Part shown: piece by piece, positions 1 to 2,486 of the stretch
How the letters are laid out: the number at the start of each line of letters is the position of its first letter
How positions within the stretch are numbered: position 1 is the first letter of the stretch
Assembly (NCBI GenBank): GCA_000004695.1
Contig: CH709176.1
Coordinates: forward strand, 1-2,486
Direction: 5' to 3'
Length of the DNA: 2,486 nucleotides
From: Dictyostelium discoideum
Lineage: Eukaryota
Translations under genes and position numbers: made by a program
The notes under the pieces: generated by a model
Seen by the model: only the letters and a program-made list of their open reading frames with translations
What the model was told of the DNA's origin: nothing
Database searches by the model: none

Positions 1-120
1 TTTTACATTTATTATCAGAGTTAAATTATTCTATTTGTATTCTTTTCAATTTAATTTGTTTTTTTTCTTTTTTTTTATTATTTTAATTTTTTTGTTTTTT
101 TTTAATTGTCACCTCCGACA
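1..120. repeat. T-rich low-complexity tract on the + strand, with interrupted oligo(dT) runs
   Basis: Seen directly: runs such as ttttttttctttttttttatt, tttttttgttttttttt; essentially no G/C until position 110. Confidence 0.8.
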
Positions 121-123
121 AGT

Positions 124-147
124 ACACAGCGAAGAAAAAACCACCTT
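124..147 (+). repeat. Direct repeat R, copy 1 (ACACAGCGAAGAAAAAACCACCTT)
   Basis: 24/24 identity with 2435-2458. Relatively GC-containing for this window, so chance recurrence is very unlikely. The 3' end (CCACCTTTAAA) is itself a member of the NNCCTTTAAAAT motif family. Confidence 0.85.
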
Positions 148-167
148 TAAATTCGCTTTAAATTAAA

Positions 168-185
168 TTTAAATTTGCTTTAAAG
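168..185 (+). repeat. TTTAAATTTGCTTTAAAG motif, copy 1 (+ orientation)
   Basis: 18/18 identical to 835-852. The 13-mer core AAATTTGCTTTAA also occurs reverse-complemented at 726-738 and 2457-2469. Confidence 0.8.
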
Positions 186-199
186 TCCTGAATTAAAGC

Positions 200-271
200 A
201 ATTTTAAAGGTAATTTTAAAGGTAATTTTTAAGGTTACTTTAAAATTACCTTTAAAATTACCTTTAAAATT
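200..271. repeat. 72-bp near-perfect palindrome made of 12-bp tandem units (ATTTTAAAGGTA x2-3 on the left arm, TACCTTTAAAAT x3-4 on the right arm)
   Basis: Arms 200-224 and 247-271 are exact reverse complements (25 bp). The 22-bp spacer 225-246 is itself symmetric except for 3 central pairs. The right arm continues with a further 11-mer variant to about 285. Both arms are flanked by GTCCTGA (185-191 and 309-315) in direct orientation. Confidence 0.9.
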
Positions 272-293
272 ACCTTTAAATTACCTTTTTAAT

Positions 294-337
294 CGCTTTA
301 AAAGCGAGGTCCTGAGTTAGAAGCCGTTAATTAACGG
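294..337. promoter_or_regulatory. Cluster of two short GC-anchored palindromes: CGCTTTAAAAGCG (294-306, near-palindrome) and CCGTTAATTAACGG (324-337, perfect 14-bp palindrome)
   Basis: Seen directly. CCGTTAA|TTAACGG is a perfect dyad. This is a rare GC-containing symmetric site in an AT desert, immediately next to the large palindrome. Its function is unknown. Confidence 0.5.
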
Positions 338-378
338 ATAACCCTTTTTAAATTTTTTTTTTTAATCCCCCTCAAAAA

Positions 379-447
379 TTACCAAAAGGGATTCGATCCC
401 CCGACCCTCTATCAAAGGGTAGTCTCATCAACCATTACACCATTTGA
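379..447 (-). tRNA. tRNA-like remnant or fragment, possibly derived from a tRNA-Ile(GAU). It carries an anticodon-arm-like and a T-arm-like stem-loop, but I could not build a complete cloverleaf
   Basis: Minus strand reads ...gagact ACCCT ttgatag AGGGT c GGGGG atcgaat CCC(tt) ttggtaa... This gives a 5-bp stem with a 7-nt loop that has T at loop position 2 and A at loop position 6, so anticodon GAT. It is followed by a G/C stem closing the loop ATCGAAT, one mismatch from the TTCGAAT T-loop consensus. This is the only GC island in the 5' kb. Against: the variable region would be only ~1 nt, no D-arm or acceptor pairing can be found, and GAU is an organellar or bacterial-type Ile anticodon. Confidence 0.25.
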
Positions 448-550
448 TTGCTTTGATGAAAAATTTAAAAATGATAGAATATTTTATCCCCATTTTTTTG
501 TTCTAAAATTAGATCTTTTTTATTAAAAACCTTAAATTTATGTTTAAAGG

Positions 551-615
551 AAATTTAAATTCACTTTAAATCTACTTTAAATCTACTTTAAATCTACTTT
601 AAATCCTATTTAAAA
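551..615 (+). repeat. 11-bp tandem array, about 5 copies of TC(T/A)ACTTTAAA, ending in the variant TCCTATTTAAAA
   Basis: Seen directly: tcactttaaa tctactttaaa tctactttaaa tctactttaaa tcctatttaaaa. The period is 11 bp. Confidence 0.9.
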
Positions 616-621
616 TTAATT

Positions 622-662
622 TAAAATAAATTTTAAAGGTATTTTTAAATATCTTAAAAATT
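622..662 (+). repeat. ~105-bp-spaced direct repeat, copy 1 (AAATTTTAAAGG(T/A)ATTTTTAAATATCTTAAAAATTA)
   Basis: 628-662 matches 733-767 with one mismatch (t640 vs a745). Copy 2 lacks one 12-mer unit further downstream. Confidence 0.75.
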
Positions 663-722
663 ATCTTAAAAATTACCTTTAAAATCACCTTTAAAATCAC
701 CTTTAAAATTGCTTAAAAATTT
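651..722 (+). repeat. 12-bp tandem array, 6 units: ATCTTAAAAATT x2, ACCTTTAAAATC x2, ACCTTTAAAATT, GCTTAAAAATTT
   Basis: Seen directly. The ACCTTTAAAAT units are the same 12-mer family as the right arm of the palindrome at 247-285. Confidence 0.9.
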
Positions 723-725
723 ATT

Positions 726-738
726 TTAAAGCAAATTT
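726..738 (-). repeat. AAATTTGCTTTAA core motif, reverse orientation
   Basis: TTAAAGCAAATTT is the exact reverse complement of the 13-mer core at 171-183 and 838-850. Confidence 0.7.
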
Positions 739-780
739 TAAAGGAATTTTTAAATATCTTAAAAATTACCTTAAAAATGA
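727..780 (+). repeat. ~105-bp-spaced direct repeat, copy 2
   Basis: See copy 1. Copy 2 continues ATTACCTTAAAAATGA, a one-unit-shorter version of 661-686. Confidence 0.75.
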
Positions 781-834
781 ATTTTTTAAACGCGGCTTTA
801 AATTCAATTTAAATCCAATTTAAATCAACTTTTC

Positions 835-852
835 TTTAAATTTGCTTTAAAG
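835..852 (+). repeat. TTTAAATTTGCTTTAAAG motif, copy 2 (+ orientation)
   Basis: Exact 18-mer match to 168-185. Confidence 0.8.
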
Positions 853-991
853 GTGCATTTTTCTTTGCTGTGTAATTTTTATTTAGTATATTGTTGATTA
901 ATTTCTCTGCCACTTGGTTGGAACGAAAAATTCGAAATGGATTGGATTGGAACAAATTGAAACAAATTGAAACAAGTTTAATTTAATGTTT

Positions 992-1053
992 AAAAAAAAA
1001 AAAAAAAAAAAATTTTTTTTTTTTCTTTTTTTCTTTTTTTTTTTTTTTTTTTT
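992..1053. repeat. Homopolymer junction: A21 (992-1012) abutting a ~41-nt T tract (1013-1053, C at 1025 and 1033)
   Basis: Seen directly. A(n)T(n) is self-complementary. Read on the minus strand, the T tract is an oligo(A) run of ~41 nt with two G interruptions, so this is two poly(A)-like tracts tail to tail. Confidence 0.9.
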
Positions 1054-1110
1054 CCATTGGGACCTATCATTGGATAATTAAATTAAATATAATTAAATCA
1101 GCAAATTTTA

Positions 1111-1128
1111 AAAAAGATCGAGTTATCC
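1111..1128 (+). repeat. Left arm of an 18-bp perfect inverted repeat (AAAAAGATCGAGTTATCC)
   Basis: Exact reverse complement of 1531-1548 (GGATAACTCGATCTTTTT). The arms are about 400 bp apart. Confidence 0.85.
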
Positions 1129-1530
1129 GGAATAAATTCAGTTTTTTCCAAAAAAGTTTTTTTTTGAAAAATTTTTCACTTTTCATATGTTTTTTTTTTT
1201 TTTTAATAAAACACATTATTTAAAACAAAAATTTTAAATAATATTAAACAATATTTGTTAACAACTATCGTAGAATTAAATTTGGTTGTATTTATTGAGA
1301 AATAAAGAAAAATATAAAAAAAATGAACTTCGAAAAAAAAGGGACTTCAAAAAAAAAAAACTACATATGAATAATCAATCCTTTATTTGAGCCCCGGTAT
1401 TTTTGATTTTTTGTCAATCATACTATTTATTTTATTATTTATTTTAATTGTGAATAAATAAAAAAATTAAAAAAAAAAAAAAATAATATGGCCAATAAGA
1501 ATTTTTTCGCGAAAAGATTGATCTTTTCTG

Positions 1531-1548
1531 GGATAACTCGATCTTTTT
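1531..1548 (-). repeat. Right arm of the 18-bp perfect inverted repeat
   Basis: See the left arm. The internal segment 1129-1530 contains the GC cluster GAGCCCCGGTA (~1390-1400), duplicated ACTTCGAAAAAAAA / ACTTCAAAAAAAAAAAA (1328-1360) and an A15 run (~1470-1485). Confidence 0.85.
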
Positions 1549-1689
1549 CAAAATAACTTTTTTTTGTTCAGAATTCAATTATTCACAGAAAGGTCCATTG
1601 TTGTTATATAGGATTATTTCAATAACAAATAAATTAATTGTAAATAAAAATAATTATTTGAACAAAAATCCAATGAAATTTCAGAATTT

Positions 1690-1713
1690 AAAAAAAAAAA
1701 AAAAAAAAAAAAA
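1690..1713 (+). repeat. A24 homopolymer
   Basis: Seen directly; followed by GTGTATATATATTTAA. Confidence 0.95.
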
Positions 1714-1793
1714 GTGTATATATATTTAATTTGTTTTTTATTTAAATAATTTAATAGTAAAAAATGATAAAATCAAATTTTATTATTAATATT

Positions 1794-1817
1794 TTATTAT
1801 TATTATTATTATTATTA
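1794..1817 (+). repeat. (TTA)8 microsatellite
   Basis: Seen directly: ttattattattattattattatta. Confidence 0.95.
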
Positions 1818-1835
1818 TAATCGGATTTTTTGACA

Positions 1836-1860
1836 GTGGGAGAGTTTGGGACACTGGGGA
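1836..1860 (+). other. G-run island (GTGGGAGAGTTTGGGACACTGGGGA) immediately after the microsatellite
   Basis: Three GGG(G) runs within 25 nt in an otherwise G-poor window; internally repetitive (TGGGAGA / TGGGACA / TGGGGA). Confidence 0.6.
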
Positions 1861-2039
1861 AATCAAAAAAAATTATTCAGCCAGTAATGGAATTCTGTAC
1901 AATTATTTGCCTTATTGTATTATTCACCCTACTTTTTTAAGCCTATAAAAATAAAAAAATTAAACCAAAATACATAATTATTAGAAAATTACCTGCCAAT
2001 TCAGAGTAAATATTTACGGTCTAGTGTAATGAATAATGA

Positions 2040-2290
2040 TTAAAAAAGAGATAAATTAAAGCAAATACAAACACGAATAAATTAAAAAAAAAATAAAAAA
2101 AAAAATAAATTCTTAGGTTTAAAAAAAAAAAAACTAAATTTGGTTTAAATTAATAAGATTTATTTATTTATTTTTTAAAAAAAAAAACAATTTTTAGGTG
2201 TACCAAGATTTATTTTTAAAAAAAAAAATAAAAAAAAATTAAATTCCAAAAAAAAAAAAAAGGAAAAAAATAAAAAAATAAAAAAAAATA
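2040..2290 (+). repeat. Strand-asymmetric A-rich low-complexity block with oligo(A) runs of 10-14 and degenerate ~50-90-bp direct repeats (TTAGGTTTAAA... / TTTTAGGTGTACCAAGATTTATTT... / TTTTAGGGACCTG...)
   Basis: The + strand is overwhelmingly A here, whereas 1-120 is T on the + strand. AAGATTTATTT recurs at ~2155 and ~2205, and TTAGG(T/G) recurs at 2113, 2195 and 2296. Confidence 0.7.
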
Positions 2291-2339
2291 AAATTTTAGG
2301 GACCTGATAAAATTTTATCTTTTACAAATATTTTAATCA

Positions 2340-2434
2340 CGATAATAACATTAGACTTTTAAAAGGATAAATACGTACGGATGCCCGAACGAACGTCAAT
2401 AGTTAACAGGTGGTACAATGGCCAAAGGATCAAC
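2340..2434. other. Most complex, GC-richer (~40-45%) segment of the window, immediately 5' of R copy 2; function unknown
   Basis: Contains CGTACG, GAACGAACG, GTTAAC, GGTGGTACAATGGCCAAAGG. A 33-codon ATG ORF (2381-2482, + strand) runs through it into the repeat but is too short and basic to call. Confidence 0.4.
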
Positions 2435-2458
2435 ACACAGCGAAGAAAAAACCACCTT
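2435..2458 (+). repeat. Direct repeat R, copy 2 (truncated by the window edge shortly after)
   Basis: Identical 24-mer to 124-147. The upstream flanks of the two copies differ (T-rich at copy 1, GC-richer complex sequence at copy 2), so the repeat boundary lies at or near ACACAGCG. Confidence 0.85.
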
Positions 2459-2472
2459 AAAGCAAATTTAAA
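2457..2472 (-). repeat. TTTAAATTTGCTTTAA motif, reverse orientation, adjacent to R copy 2
   Basis: TTAAAGCAAATTTAAA is the reverse complement of TTTAAATTTGCTTTAA. The longer stretch 2460-2484 (GCAAATTTAAATTTAATTTAAAGCG) is the exact reverse complement of 154-178. Confidence 0.8.
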
Positions 2473-2486
2473 TTTAATTTAAAGCG

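Noticed and set aside
379-447. Plus-strand reading of the GC island as a tRNA (GGG-ATTCGAT-CCCCC resembles a T arm on the + strand too)
   Set aside because: Upstream + strand sequence (350-385) is pure A/T with no possible D or anticodon arms. Only the minus-strand reading gives an anticodon arm in the correct order, and even that is incomplete.
190-722. CRISPR-like regular short repeats
   Set aside because: Units are 11-12 bp and contiguous, with no unique spacers, and are far too short for CRISPR repeats. The arrangement is satellite or iteron-like tandem repetition in what looks like eukaryotic or organellar AT-rich DNA.
1055-1075. CCATTGG-GACCTAT-CATTGG as a protein-binding dyad
   Set aside because: It is a short direct repeat (CCATTGG / CATTGG) rather than a true palindrome, with a single occurrence. 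It is folded into the GGWCC motif finding instead.
1836-1860. G-quadruplex
   Set aside because: Only three G-runs of length 3 or more are present. A canonical intramolecular G4 needs four, so it was kept as a 'G-run island' feature only.
1887-1940. ATG-initiated 17-codon ORF (MEFCTIICLIVLFTLLF*), hydrophobic, within a 40-codon stop-free stretch (1821-1940)
   Set aside because: Too short. Hydrophobic residues are expected from T-rich codons in AT-rich DNA. There is no upstream ATG and no recognisable domain. It cannot be supported as a gene.
2381-2482. 33-codon ORF (MPERTSIVNRWYNGQRINTQRRKNHLKANLNLI*) running through the GC-richer segment into repeat R
   Set aside because: Short and basic, and it reads into a repeat and low-complexity motif. 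The equivalent frame at R copy 1 is closed by stops immediately upstream and downstream. It is noted only as a candidate to test with expression data.
1-2486. Yeast-mitochondrial ori/rep-type GC clusters, or a fungal mtDNA intergenic region
   Set aside because: The GGWCC-type motifs superficially recall mitochondrial GC clusters. But the characteristic long A/T homopolymers (A21-A24), (TTA)n and near-absence of (TA)n runs do not fit what I recall of S. cerevisiae mtDNA spacers, and no ori box arrangement is present. This is left as an open alternative, not a call.

Overview
The window is extremely A+T-rich (roughly 85-90% by eye), low-complexity and repeat-dense. It has 20-40 nt homopolymer tracts, a (TTA)8 microsatellite, and a very high density of TTTAAA (DraI-type) cores. 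I found no convincing protein-coding gene on either strand: stop codons appear every few codons nearly everywhere, and the two longest ATG-initiated ORFs I could trace are 17 and 33 codons. The composition and repeat style most resemble intergenic or repeat DNA of a dictyostelid-like AT-rich eukaryote. An organellar control-region-like or spacer-like context cannot be excluded from sequence alone. The structure that is present is non-coding. (1) A family of short GC-anchored motifs built on a TTTAAA core (GCTTTAAA, (C/T)ACCTTTAAAAT, TCTACTTTAAA, ATCTTAAAAATT) is arranged in phased 11-12 bp tandem arrays, and in one place as a 72-bp near-perfect palindrome. (2) A 13-18-mer (TTTAAATTTGCTTTAAAG) recurs four times in both orientations. 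(3) A 24-bp direct repeat (ACACAGCGAAGAAAAAACCACCTT) sits at 124-147 and again at 2435-2458; the ~25-bp motif immediately after it is in opposite orientation in the two copies. (4) A small GC island at 379-447 carries a tRNA-like anticodon arm (anticodon GAT = Ile) and a T-arm-like stem-loop on the minus strand, but no complete cloverleaf. (5) An 18-bp perfect inverted repeat brackets a ~400-bp segment at 1111-1548. (6) A G-run island, a recurring GGWCC-containing motif, an A21/T41 homopolymer junction, and a strongly strand-asymmetric A-rich block at 2040-2290 complete the picture. Nothing here resembles a CRISPR array, an rRNA, or a known transposase. The most likely reading is an iterated protein-binding or structural non-coding region (origin-like, centromere- or subtelomere-like, or the non-coding part of a mobile or repeat unit) whose ~2.3-kb periodicity is only hinted at by the window edges.
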